From an uncultured bacterium (GTDB taxonomy: Bacteria > Macinerneyibacteriota > Macinerneyibacteria > Macinerneyibacteriales > DSCS01), in assembly GCA_964548195.1 (NCBI GenBank), contig CAZJQC010000002.1:107315-171314 (forward strand): a stretch of DNA of 64,000 bases, read 5' to 3'. Shown here piece by piece: positions 37,578 to 47,283 of the stretch (positions are counted from its first letter, which is position 1; every line of letters starts with the position of its first letter). The translations under genes and the position numbers were made by a program. The notes beneath the pieces were generated by a model, which was given only the letters and a program-made list of their open reading frames with translations, did no database searches and was not told the origin of the DNA.

Positions 37578-38102
37578 GTGATTATAGGGTCGTTTGTCAA
37601 GATAATCAAATTTCTCAATTCAAACCGGGATCCCGGCCAGATAGCCGCGGCCGTGTCTTTCGGCCTCATGCTGGCTCTCATGCCTTCCGGCAACCTGTTG
37701 TGGCCGCTGATACTCATACTCACCCTGTTTCTTAAGGTCAACTACCCGGCGGAACTCATATTTCTGGCTTTTTTCAAGACGTTCGTCTCCCTGTTTGACC
37801 CTTCGCTGCATGCGATAGGGTATTATATACTCACGGCGGGCATCTTCAGAAAGCCTTTTACGTCCATGTTCGAACTGCCTCTGCTCCCTTTCACAAGGCT
37901 CAACAACACGATAGTCATGGGCGGTTTTGTGGCCGGCGTCATACTCTGGTTTCCCGTATACGCGCTCATTAAAGTGGTTGTACGAAAATACAGGGGGCTG
38001 ATCACCGAACGGCTTCGTGATTCAGGATTTTACAGGATCGTCAAAAAGATCCCCCTTGCCTCAAAGATATCCGGCGCCATGAGACGCTACGGAAAGATAT
38101 AA
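37578..38102 (+). CDS. conserved membrane protein, TIGR03546-like
   Basis: GTG start 6 nt after GGAGGTG; polytopic membrane protein directly upstream of a large TIGR03545-like gene, with which it appears to form the conserved pair. Confidence 0.55.
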   Translation: MIIGSFVKIIKFLNSNRDPGQIAAAVSFGLMLALMPSGNLLWPLILILTLFLKVNYPAELIFLAFFKTFVSLFDPSLHAIGYYILTAGIFRKPFTSMFELPLLPFTRLNNTIVMGGFVAGVILWFPVYALIKVVVRKYRGLITERLRDSGFYRIVKKIPLASKISGAMRRYGKI

Positions 38103-38114
38103 GGAGTCATCCGT

Positions 38115-40070
38115 ATGAAAAAAACACGTATCGGAAGATCATTGAAAAAGCAGATGCCGGCCGAGGCATTCGAGTCGATTGTTGGCAAAAAAACACTGCT
38201 TGCCAGTGACAATGCCTTTATCAGGGAGTCATACACTCTTGAAAACGGATTTTATACGCTCAATGACGGGCTGAAAAAGAAAGATATGGCCAGATTAAAA
38301 CGCATATCGGACGATATGAGCAGTTCAGGCGGCATATTCCGCAAGGAAAGAATCATACTGTTATTAGCGGTGATCGCATTGATCACAGTTTTCAACATCG
38401 TCTTCAAGGACAGGATACTTGAAAAAGGCGCGGAGACGGCCCTTGAGATGGTGTTTAGGACGAAGGCTGAGATATCCGGCCTTCGTGTGTCTTTTACCCG
38501 GGCAAGATTTGATTTTAAGTCCCTTTCCGTGGGGGATCCCGAGGAGGAGTTCAAGAACCTGTTTGAAACGGGGCCGGTGAGCGGCGATATGGACCTTTCC
38601 CGTCTCTTGCGGCGCAAAGTGGCCATTGAGACTTTTCACATAAGCGATCTTTCATTCGGCACGGCGCGTGAGACGTCCGGCCACCTGGAGAAGAAAAAAA
38701 AAGTTCCTCAAAAACCGGCAGATGAAAAGAAAAAAAGCGGCGGCATCGACATCAACGCCCTTATGGACCGGCTGAAGCCGGACCTCGATTCCCCCGCAAC
38801 CGCAAAACGCCAGGCGGAAGCGATCGCCGAACTCAGCGATGCCTGGCAGGCGGAAAACACTGCCTTTAAGGAGCGGCATTCCGAATTGATGGCATCCTAC
38901 GGCCAGATCGAAAAGATCGACCCGTCGAAGATCGGCTCCGTGGCCGACGCGAAAAAGGCGTTGGACACGGTCATGGCCTTTAAAGCGGCCCTTAAGGACT
39001 CGAAGGACTCGCTGAAGGACGCCGCTTCGCGCATGGAATCAGACAAGGCGAAGATAAGCTCTTTTAAAGGTGAACTGGAGACGGCAGTCTCCCGCGACCT
39101 TGAACTGATCTCATCATATACGGGCAAGGCCGGACCCGGGAACATGCTCACACATATAGCCACCGCCCTCTTAAGCAAAAGATACGGGAAAATTGTCGGA
39201 CTGGTCTCATCACTCAGAAGGCGTATGCCTTCCGGAGACACAAAAAAGGCCAAAAAAAGCCCTCCCCCGCCCCTCCCCCGGAGAAAAGGGGTTGATATGA
39301 TGTTCCCGGTGGCGGCCTATCCCGCTTTTCTGATCAAGGATATGGATATATCCTATGTCTCTGCCGAAAACGATGATTACAAAAAAGGCAGATGCGCGAA
39401 CCTCTCCTCACACCCGAAAGTCTGGGGGAAGCCGCTGGAAGTGACATACAAATCCGTTGACGGGGGCAAGACGACGGATGCATACCTGTATTATTCTCCC
39501 GTTGATTCGAAGATGCGCGGCAGATTTGCAGTCGGCGGGGAACGCATCAGGGACATGAGGCTGGATGGAGTGGAGATGGCGGATTCCGTATCAATGGCAT
39601 ACAGCCTGGATCTCAATATCTCGGGAGAAGGAGGCAATGTCCGCGGGGAAGGGCGTATACGAATAAACGAGATTGACATCGCCATGCGGGATGAAAAGGA
39701 CGCCGCGTCTTCCCTGATAAAGAATACTGTCCGAGATATGGGCCCTGTGACCGGCACTTTCGGCTATTCCGTCACGCCGGATGGAGGGTTAAGCCTGACG
39801 GTCGGGATAAAAGCGGATGAATTGTTAAACAAGGCCTTCGCGGCGGCTCTCGGGACGGCCGCGGACAGCTACGGGGCCGACGCGCGAAAAATACTGATGA
39901 AAGAGCTCTCCCCATACCAGAGTGTGTTAGACTCCCGCCTTGACATCCTCTCCGGCAGCGAGGGCGCGTTGTCTGCGTTGACACTGGAACAAACCGGGAT
40001 GGACGGCACCGTTGACAAACTGATAGCCGGTTTGAAGAAGAAGGCAGCCGCTGCTGTATTAGGATTCTGA
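38115..40070 (+). CDS. conserved uncharacterised protein, TIGR03545-like (N-terminal TM, coiled coils, Pro-rich linker, beta-rich C-domain)
   Basis: 651 aa; TM IILLLAVIALITVFNIVF; Lys-rich and PPPPLPRRKG linker; 12 nt downstream of the TIGR03546-like gene. Confidence 0.55.
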   Translation: MKKTRIGRSLKKQMPAEAFESIVGKKTLLASDNAFIRESYTLENGFYTLNDGLKKKDMARLKRISDDMSSSGGIFRKERIILLLAVIALITVFNIVFKDRILEKGAETALEMVFRTKAEISGLRVSFTRARFDFKSLSVGDPEEEFKNLFETGPVSGDMDLSRLLRRKVAIETFHISDLSFGTARETSGHLEKKKKVPQKPADEKKKSGGIDINALMDRLKPDLDSPATAKRQAEAIAELSDAWQAENTAFKERHSELMASYGQIEKIDPSKIGSVADAKKALDTVMAFKAALKDSKDSLKDAASRMESDKAKISSFKGELETAVSRDLELISSYTGKAGPGNMLTHIATALLSKRYGKIVGLVSSLRRRMPSGDTKKAKKSPPPPLPRRKGVDMMFPVAAYPAFLIKDMDISYVSAENDDYKKGRCANLSSHPKVWGKPLEVTYKSVDGGKTTDAYLYYSPVDSKMRGRFAVGGERIRDMRLDGVEMADSVSMAYSLDLNISGEGGNVRGEGRIRINEIDIAMRDEKDAASSLIKNTVRDMGPVTGTFGYSVTPDGGLSLTVGIKADELLNKAFAAALGTAADSYGADARKILMKELSPYQSVLDSRLDILSGSEGALSALTLEQTGMDGTVDKLIAGLKKKAAAAVLGF

Positions 40071-41771
40071 CGGAGCGGAGTCGTATATCGTCCGGTAAAG
40101 GGAATTATAGGCCATAAGCCCGTCATGTGTACCGGACTCGGCCACCGAACCGTCCTGCATCACATATATTATGTCAGCGGTCCTGGCGGTGTACGGCCTG
40201 TGTGTGACAAGCACAAGCGTCTGATCCGGCATCTTCTCAAACAGTTCATCCCAGAGGCTCATCTCCGTCTCGGCGTCGAGCGCTGATGTTATGTCATCCA
40301 GTATAAGGAGTTCGGGTTTTCTGTACAAAGCCCTGGCCAACGCAAGACGCTGTTTCTGGCCTCCGGAGAGTGTCTTGCCCTTCGGCCCTATCAGCGTGTC
40401 AGGCCCAAGATTGAATTTCTCCATCTCCTTGTCCAGCTGTGACACAGAGACAGCCATTGCGAAATCGGCTTCGTCATACTCGGCGCCCATGATGATGTTG
40501 TTTTTTATGGAGTCGGAAAAGACCACCGGCGTCTGCGAGGCGTAGCCGGTCAATTTTCTGTATGTGCTCCTTCTGATGTCCGAAGAATCATGGCCGTCTA
40601 TGGCCATCCGGCCCGATGTCGGTGTTATGACGCCGGCCAGCATCATCGAAAGGAAAGATTTGCCGCTCCCGATCTTTCCCATGATCGCCACTTTATCGCC
40701 CTTATTGAGTTGCATTGTGATGCCGTCTAAGATCCGTGTCCCCTGAAACGAAAAACCGGCCGCATCAAGGGTGATGGAAGACGAAAAAGTCGCGTCGGCA
40801 TTACCGTCCGCGCGATGGTCTGCCCCGACATCCTCAAGTTCGCAAATACGCCTGTTTGACACGGAAGCGCTTTTTCCGCGCACAAAGAGGTTGCCGATAT
40901 CAAGGACGGGGTTGATGATGTTCCTGACGAGTGCGAGAAAAGCCACCAGGGTCCCGAGGGTTATTGTTCCGTTGATCTTCATCATGCCGCCTGCTGCAAG
41001 CACAGTGACGGTACTCAGCATGTGCAATGTCATGTAAAAAGCCCTGCTTCCGATATCAAGTTTTACCACGCGCAGCTCATCTTTTTTTCTATTTTTTATT
41101 ATGCTCTCAAAATATTCGGCGACCTTTTCTTCCCTGTTGTAGGACTTTATTATCGAAATACCGCTCATCGTGGAATGGACATAATCATTTGTCCTTGATA
41201 TGGACCGTTGAAGCAGGTCAAAGGCTTTCTTAAAAAGTGCATCAAAAGCAAACATAAATGCGACCATCAGCGTCAAGACGGAGACGGTGATCAGGGTAAG
41301 CAGTGGTGACATCATCAAAAGGAAAAAGACCGTGAATAAAAATATCAGTATGGCGTCAAAACCTCTGAAAATGCCGGACGATAAAAACCAGGACATCTTT
41401 TCCGCGTCATCCGAAAGACGTGTGACGACCTCGCCGACATTGAGATGCTGAAACTTCAGCTTTCCCGCCTTCATCAGATGGAAAAACGCGCGTCTTCTGA
41501 TCTCCCACTGAAATTTCATGTTCATCATCGCTCTGTTTGACTGAAAATAGGTATAGACGATAAAACGGGAGACACTTAAAAATATGATGGCGCTTATCAG
41601 TATGCTCATCTCTTCCAAAGGGGCTCTCGCCTCAAGAAGGTCGACGATCAGTTTATAAAAATAAGGTATGGACGTGCGCAATATCGCAGAGATAAAGGTT
41701 ATCACGGTCAAAACCGTGAAGCGTGTCTTGTGTGCCGACCATTCTCTGACGATCCGCTGCGACAGTTTCAT
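40059..41771 (-). CDS. ABC exporter permease/ATPase fusion (MsbA/heterodimeric multidrug type)
   Basis: Six-TM domain plus NBD with Walker A GKIGSGKS, signature LSGGQKQR, Walker B LILDD. Confidence 0.85.
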   Translation of the reverse strand: MKLSQRIVREWSAHKTRFTVLTVITFISAILRTSIPYFYKLIVDLLEARAPLEEMSILISAIIFLSVSRFIVYTYFQSNRAMMNMKFQWEIRRRAFFHLMKAGKLKFQHLNVGEVVTRLSDDAEKMSWFLSSGIFRGFDAILIFLFTVFFLLMMSPLLTLITVSVLTLMVAFMFAFDALFKKAFDLLQRSISRTNDYVHSTMSGISIIKSYNREEKVAEYFESIIKNRKKDELRVVKLDIGSRAFYMTLHMLSTVTVLAAGGMMKINGTITLGTLVAFLALVRNIINPVLDIGNLFVRGKSASVSNRRICELEDVGADHRADGNADATFSSSITLDAAGFSFQGTRILDGITMQLNKGDKVAIMGKIGSGKSFLSMMLAGVITPTSGRMAIDGHDSSDIRRSTYRKLTGYASQTPVVFSDSIKNNIIMGAEYDEADFAMAVSVSQLDKEMEKFNLGPDTLIGPKGKTLSGGQKQRLALARALYRKPELLILDDITSALDAETEMSLWDELFEKMPDQTLVLVTHRPYTARTADIIYVMQDGSVAESGTHDGLMAYNSLYRTIYDSAPSES

Positions 41772-43504
41772 AAGAGTATCTCCGCGTCATTTTGATTATT
41801 CAGCTGTTTTTCGCATAATCTGAAATAGGCTCCCTTTTGCGAATACAGCTCATCATGAGTCCCCTGCTCCATGATCCTGCCGCCGCCCACGACCAGTATC
41901 ATGTCGGAATCCATCACAGTGGTAAGCCTGTGCGCCACTACGATCGATGTCCTGCCCTTTAGCAGCCGTCTGATAGCGTTTTCAAGCCTGCGCTCCGTAT
42001 GAGGGTCTATGGACGAGGTTGCTTCATCCATCAGCACGATGTCGGCTTTTTTGACCATGGCTCTGGCAATGGACAAAAGCTGACGCTCTCCGACGGAAAG
42101 GTTTCCGCCCTCCTCGTGAAGGTCGGTAAGGTAGCCGTCGGGCAGGCTCATTATAAAATCATGTATCCCTGAATCCCTGCAGACGGATTCCACTTCCTCC
42201 GCGGTGATCTTATCGTCAAACAAACGCAGATTATCCAGTACGGTAGCGGGGAAAAGAAAAAAATCCTGTTCTATCAGGGCAATATCCTTACGAAGCTCAT
42301 CGATCCTAAACTCCCTTATGTCGGCGCCGTCGATCTTTATACTGCCGTCTTTTACGTCATAAAACCTCAGAAGAAGTCTTATTATAGTGCTTTTTCCGCC
42401 GCCGGTCTCCCCCACCAAGGCCCACTTCTGCCCTGCCGGTATTTGAAAGCACACATCGGACAATACAGTTTCGTCCTCATTATAGGCAAAATCCACATGT
42501 TCAAAGCTGATTGATTGCGTCATGCCGTTCATCGTCTTTTTCCCGCCACGGATATTGATGTCCGCGGTATGCAGTTCGTAGACTCTGGAAAAAGCCGCCA
42601 TCGCCCTCTGTATCTGGGATATTTGTTCTGAAATGCCTATCAGCGGGAAGAAAAACATCCTTACATATTCTATAAACATGATCAGCACGCCATATGTCAG
42701 GAGCCCTTTCATGATCATGGGGCCGCTTGTCCTGAAAATCAACGCTATGATAACCTCCTGCATCATGAACATGATGTTGAAAAAGGCTATCCACCCGAAT
42801 TCGGCGTTTCTTTCCAACACATATTTTTTTTTGTTGTCCCGGTCAAATTTGCGGAAAAAGAGTTCCTCTTCGGCAAAACTTTTGATTATATCCAGTCCGG
42901 ATAAATACTCAGTGATCTTGGACGTGATATCGGCCATGAGCCTTCTCACCTTTTTAAACATCGGAAAGATGTATTTATGGAGAAACACCATCAGTATTAC
43001 CAGCAACGGCATCGGGTATACCACCACCGCGGCGAGGCGGCTGTTGGTATGAAACATGATGGCCATCATAAAAGCGAGCATGAAAACGCTTTGCAGCACG
43101 GTGACGGAGGCTGTCACAAAAAAGAAGCGCACCTTTTCAGGATCGCCCTCTATTCTTGTGACAAGTTTTCCGGGCGACACATCGGTAAACATGCGGTAAT
43201 CCCAGGAGAGCACCCTTTTAAATGACTCGGTCTTAAGCCGTATCAGTATGTCCTGTCCAAGTCTTTCAAGTTGTATTGTCATAATGTAAAGAGAGAGCAC
43301 ATAAAGGGCGAAAACGCCTATGTACACAGCCACAGAACGGTACATGTCCGTTTTATCAGCGACGATGATGCCGTTGTCTATTATCTTCATCAGATACAGC
43401 GGCATAACGGATGTCAGATAGGAATTGAATACCAGCAGCAGCAGACCGAGAAAAAACCTCAGCCTGTACGGCCATACATATGTCCTGAACAAAAATCTTA
43501 TCAT
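41768..43504 (-). CDS. ABC exporter permease/ATPase fusion, partner subunit
   Basis: Six-TM domain plus NBD with GETGGGKST, LSVGERQ, LMDEATS; 4-nt overlap with the downstream ABC gene. Confidence 0.85.
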   Translation of the reverse strand: MIRFLFRTYVWPYRLRFFLGLLLLVFNSYLTSVMPLYLMKIIDNGIIVADKTDMYRSVAVYIGVFALYVLSLYIMTIQLERLGQDILIRLKTESFKRVLSWDYRMFTDVSPGKLVTRIEGDPEKVRFFFVTASVTVLQSVFMLAFMMAIMFHTNSRLAAVVVYPMPLLVILMVFLHKYIFPMFKKVRRLMADITSKITEYLSGLDIIKSFAEEELFFRKFDRDNKKKYVLERNAEFGWIAFFNIMFMMQEVIIALIFRTSGPMIMKGLLTYGVLIMFIEYVRMFFFPLIGISEQISQIQRAMAAFSRVYELHTADINIRGGKKTMNGMTQSISFEHVDFAYNEDETVLSDVCFQIPAGQKWALVGETGGGKSTIIRLLLRFYDVKDGSIKIDGADIREFRIDELRKDIALIEQDFFLFPATVLDNLRLFDDKITAEEVESVCRDSGIHDFIMSLPDGYLTDLHEEGGNLSVGERQLLSIARAMVKKADIVLMDEATSSIDPHTERRLENAIRRLLKGRTSIVVAHRLTTVMDSDMILVVGGGRIMEQGTHDELYSQKGAYFRLCEKQLNNQNDAEILL

Positions 43505-43549
43505 AGCCCGGAAATTTTATACGGAATACGAACTATGTCAATATTAAAA

Positions 43550-43846
43550 TCACAGATCTCTCTTTTTTTTCTCCCGGTCCATGCTTTCAATAATGCGGTT
43601 CATCTTTCGCTCTTCCCAGTCCTTGCCGATAAGACCTTTGAGGAAAAAGACATTCATCGCATGTGACATGATGCCTATGCCCCAGAAAAGGGTGACCCAA
43701 TAAAACCACAACGGGCCCGAGGAGACAAACACATCGATAAGCAAGAGTATGATATTGACAAGTATATAGCTGAAAAGATGCGAATAAAAGCCCTTGAGCT
43801 CTTCCACTCTTTTTCTGGCATAATTGATTTTCTCATTATCCTCCAT
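43550..43846 (-). CDS. 2TM-domain small membrane protein
   Basis: 98 aa with two adjacent TM helices and a charged C-terminus; 8 nt after pepD. Confidence 0.45.
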   Translation of the reverse strand: MEDNEKINYARKRVEELKGFYSHLFSYILVNIILLLIDVFVSSGPLWFYWVTLFWGIGIMSHAMNVFFLKGLIGKDWEERKMNRIIESMDREKKKRDL

Positions 43847-43854
43847 AATACTCC

Positions 43855-45297
43855 TTATTTTGCATATGCTGCAAGCAGCGCCTTTAGTAAATGATAGACC
43901 TTTCCGATAGAAGGTATGATGATCAATTCATCCGGCGAATGGGGATTCCTGATATCCGGGCCGAGTGATATCATCTCAAGTCCGGGGTATTTGCCGCCGA
44001 TGATACCGCATTCAAGGCCGGCGTGTATGACTTTCACCCTCGGCTCGACCGAAAAAATATCGCTGTAGGTCTTTCGGGCGATACGGAGCAATTCAGAGTC
44101 CCAGTCCGGTTCCCATGGAGGATATCCTCCGCTTGTTGTAAATAAGGCCCCGTTCTGTTCACTCACGCCCTTGAGTTCAGACGTAAGCTCCTCCAATTTT
44201 GAGGCGGAAGAGCTCCTCATGCTGACGAGCATGGAAAATCCTTCCCGTGCGAGCCTTATCGTTGCGATATTGTCCGAAGTCTGGACGGTCCCGGTTTCGT
44301 CATCGCGTGCGTAGACTCCGTTAGCCGTCTCGTACACAAGGTCTATGATGCGGGATGTCACTTCGCTTGTCACGGCCGTTTCCGCCGGCGCGGCCGCATC
44401 CGAGGTCAATAAAATACTGAGTCCGGGCTCCGACTTGAGAAAGCGGCTTTTTATATTTTCTGCGGCGGACAGCAACTGTTCCGACACCTTTGCCGCAAGA
44501 GCCCTGCCCACGAGAAGGACGGCCGTGGCATCCCTGGGAATGGCATTATGGGCCGTCCCACCGTACAATGCCGAAAACTTTATATCCGTGCCCTTAAGCG
44601 AATGGAGCAATTCGGCCATGATCTTATTCGCATTGCCGCGCCCCTTGTCTATATCCATGCCGGAATGGCCGCCCCGGAGACCGCTGACCTTTACGGAAAC
44701 CGCGGACATATCGGCCGTAACGGCTTCCGTCTCCGGTTTCACAGTCATAACCGCATGCCTTCCGCCTGCGCATCCGATCGTAAAGACGCCCTCTGTCTCT
44801 GAATCTATGTTAATAAGCACTTTTCCTTTTAGAAGGCCTTCGGCCAGTCCTGAGGCTCCGTTCAAACCGGTTTCCTCATCCGTGGTAAACAGCAGCTCAA
44901 GAGCGGGATGTATGGCGGTCGGGTCTTCGGCGATCGCAAGCGCCAGCGCCATGGCAATACCGTTATCCGCGCCCAATGTGGTCCCGTCAGCCTTGAGGAC
45001 GTCACCATCAAAGATGAACTTTATGGGATCCTTTTCAAAATCATGGGGAGACCCGGGGTTCTTCTCGCAGACCATGTCCATATGTCCCTGCAGTATTACG
45101 GCGGACGCTGTCTCCGCGCCCTTCGAAGGGGGAACGGATATCAACACATTGCCGGCGCTGTCCCGCCTGCCTTCAAATCCCTTTCCCGCGGCATAATCCA
45201 AAATCCAGCCGCCCACCGCATCTTCATTCTTTGAGCAGCGCGGCACATCCGATATGCCGCGAAAAATGTCAAGCACCTTTTTAATATTATCGTTCAT
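43855..45297 (-). CDS. pepD: aminoacyl-histidine dipeptidase (M20 family)
   Basis: M20 metal-binding motifs (QGHMDMV, DNGIAMA, TDEETG); 480 aa. Confidence 0.8.
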   Translation of the reverse strand: MNDNIKKVLDIFRGISDVPRCSKNEDAVGGWILDYAAGKGFEGRRDSAGNVLISVPPSKGAETASAVILQGHMDMVCEKNPGSPHDFEKDPIKFIFDGDVLKADGTTLGADNGIAMALALAIAEDPTAIHPALELLFTTDEETGLNGASGLAEGLLKGKVLINIDSETEGVFTIGCAGGRHAVMTVKPETEAVTADMSAVSVKVSGLRGGHSGMDIDKGRGNANKIMAELLHSLKGTDIKFSALYGGTAHNAIPRDATAVLLVGRALAAKVSEQLLSAAENIKSRFLKSEPGLSILLTSDAAAPAETAVTSEVTSRIIDLVYETANGVYARDDETGTVQTSDNIATIRLAREGFSMLVSMRSSSASKLEELTSELKGVSEQNGALFTTSGGYPPWEPDWDSELLRIARKTYSDIFSVEPRVKVIHAGLECGIIGGKYPGLEMISLGPDIRNPHSPDELIIIPSIGKVYHLLKALLAAYAK

Positions 45298-45404
45298 ATC
45301 GCCTCCGTTTGCATTTGTCTAATATATCATCAGCGCGCAAACGCGTCAATCGCTCAAAAAAAAACTTGATTCTTAAAATTTTTGAGATATCCTGAAGCGG
45401 TCAC

Positions 45405-45477
45405 GGGGCTGTAGCTCAGCTGGGAGAGCGGTTGGTTCGCAATCAACAGGCCAGGGGTTCGAGCCCCCTCAGCTCCA
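45405..45477 (+). tRNA. tRNA-Ala (anticodon CGC)
   Basis: Hand-folded cloverleaf: acceptor GGGGCTG/CAGCTCC, D-arm GCTC..GAGC, anticodon stem GTTGG/TCAAC with loop TTCGCAA, T-arm AGGGG-TTCGAGC-CCCCT; no encoded CCA. Confidence 0.85.
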
Positions 45478-45493
45478 TCGATGCAATAAAGGG

Positions 45494-45524
45494 AAGCGGC
45501 CGCTTGTTTCAGGCCGCTTTTCTC
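45494..45524 (+). terminator. rho-independent terminator after tRNA-Ala
   Basis: AAGCGGCC-(10 nt loop)-GGCCGCTT stem followed by TTCTC. Confidence 0.5.
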
Positions 45525-45610
45525 ATTATATGTCTTTTTTATCTTGCAAATCATGTTCGTTCTTATATTATTGTGATTATTCATATAAAAATATTTACGG
45601 AGCGGAGGCC

Positions 45611-46183
45611 ATGGATATTCTTAAAAAGCGCATAGCCGAACAGGGGCGTGTCATTTCCTCTCAGATACTGAAAGTCGACGGTTTTCTGAACCATCAGATC
45701 GACACTCTGCTCATGTATGAGATCGGTTCCGAGATCGCAAGACGTTTTGCGGAATGCCCTGTAACGAAGGTGCTGACCGTTGAGGCATCGGGCATTCCCG
45801 CGGCTGTCATGGCGGGGTTTCATCTGCGTGTGCCCGTCGTCTTCGCGAAAAAGCGTTCCCCGTCGACTATTTCGGAACAGGTGTACACAGCCGAATGCGT
45901 CTCATTCACAAAGGGTTCGTCCTACAGGATGACTGTCTCCGCCGAATTTATCGGCAAAGGCGACATCGTGCTCATTGTGGACGATTTTCTTGCGCACGGA
46001 AATGCCGCATCGGCTCTGATCGAGATCGCCGAAAGCGCAGGAGCTACGGTATGCGGCGTCTCTTCAGTCATTGAAAAAGCTTTTCAGAAAGGCGGAGATA
46101 TGCTCCGTTCGCGTGGTTACCGTGTCGATTCGCTGTCAATAATAGACAGCATCGGGGCGGAAGGCATTGTTTTTAAAGATTAA
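45611..46183 (+). CDS. xpt: xanthine phosphoribosyltransferase
   Basis: Close match to the Xpt N-terminus (MDILKKRIAEQGRVISSQILKVDGFLNHQID) and PRPP-binding loop; ATG preceded by GGAGG. Confidence 0.85.
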   Translation: MDILKKRIAEQGRVISSQILKVDGFLNHQIDTLLMYEIGSEIARRFAECPVTKVLTVEASGIPAAVMAGFHLRVPVVFAKKRSPSTISEQVYTAECVSFTKGSSYRMTVSAEFIGKGDIVLIVDDFLAHGNAASALIEIAESAGATVCGVSSVIEKAFQKGGDMLRSRGYRVDSLSIIDSIGAEGIVFKD

Positions 46184-46196
46184 CCAAGGGGGAGAC

Positions 46197-47276
46197 ATGA
46201 AAAAAATGTTTTTTATTTCATTTGCCGTTCTCGTCGCGGCCGCGTTGCTTGCTGGCTGTGCGGGCGGTCAAAAGACAAATGACATGGTCGCAGGATTTGT
46301 CTACATAGGACCCGTAGGCGATCACGGCTGGACCTACGCGCAGGACAAAGGCAGGCTTATGGTGGAAAAAGAGCTGGGCATACGCACCATATACAAGGAA
46401 AGCGTGCCTGAAGGCCCCGAAGTCAAGGACGTCATACGCAATATGATCGATCAGGGCGCAAAGATAATCTTTGCCGGCAGTTTCGGTTATATGGACTATG
46501 TCGAGGAAATATCGCGAGAGTATCCCGAGATAAAATTCCTGCACTGTTCCGGATACAAGATGACTGACAACATGGGCAATTTTTTCGGCCGCATGTATCA
46601 GGCCAGATATCTTTCCGGTCTTGTTGCCGGCATGAAGACGGAGACCAATAAAATCGGCTATGTGGCCGCTTACGAGATACCCGAAGTCATAAGAGGCATA
46701 AACGCGTTCACTTTGGGCGTGCTGGAAGCGAATCCCAAGGCGAAGGTATATGTCACATGGACACATACATGGTACGACCCCGGCAAGGAGACGGAAGCGG
46801 CAAAAGCGCTTCTCGACGACGGATGTGATGTCATAACACAGCATCAGGACACTGCCGGCCCCCAGCAGGCCGCCGAGATGCGCAATGCTTACTCTATCGG
46901 CTACAATTCGGACATGTACTCGATGGCACCCAAGGCTTATATGACAGCACCTGTCTGGAATTGGGGCCCTTATTACATCGACCAGATAAAGATGGCCATG
47001 GACGGGACGTGGAAACCCACAAGCTATTGGGGCGGACTTGAGGACGGCATCGTCACATTGGCGCCATTGACCGAAAACGCCCCCGAAGGCTCAGCGGAAA
47101 AGGTCGCCGAGATGCGGGAGAAAATAATCAGCGGAGAGCTCAACGTGTTTGGGGGGCCGATCGCCGATCAGAACGGAAAAGTCGTGGTTCCCAAGGGAAC
47201 GAGCTTAACCGATGCGGAGATGCTGAGCATGGACTGGTTCGTGCGCGGCGTAATGGGCAACATAAAAACAAAATGA
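46197..47276 (+). CDS. BMP-family (basic membrane lipoprotein) nucleoside-binding ABC substrate-binding protein
   Basis: Lipoprotein signal LLAGCAGG; Bmp/PnrA-like body; RBS AAGGGGGAG. Confidence 0.85.
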   Translation: MKKMFFISFAVLVAAALLAGCAGGQKTNDMVAGFVYIGPVGDHGWTYAQDKGRLMVEKELGIRTIYKESVPEGPEVKDVIRNMIDQGAKIIFAGSFGYMDYVEEISREYPEIKFLHCSGYKMTDNMGNFFGRMYQARYLSGLVAGMKTETNKIGYVAAYEIPEVIRGINAFTLGVLEANPKAKVYVTWTHTWYDPGKETEAAKALLDDGCDVITQHQDTAGPQQAAEMRNAYSIGYNSDMYSMAPKAYMTAPVWNWGPYYIDQIKMAMDGTWKPTSYWGGLEDGIVTLAPLTENAPEGSAEKVAEMREKIISGELNVFGGPIADQNGKVVVPKGTSLTDAEMLSMDWFVRGVMGNIKTK

Positions 47277-47283
47277 CAGCGTC

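Noticed and set aside
39255-39290. The C/CT-rich run (tccctcccccgcccctcccccgg) as a repeat element or phase-variable tract.
   Set aside because: It encodes the SPPPPLPRRKG linker of the TIGR03545-like protein. It is a mixed C/T tract, not a pure homopolymer.
45481-45610. A guanine/purine riboswitch upstream of xpt.
   Set aside because: The leader lacks the conserved purine-riboswitch junction and loop sequences and is too short and AT-rich to form the three-way junction.
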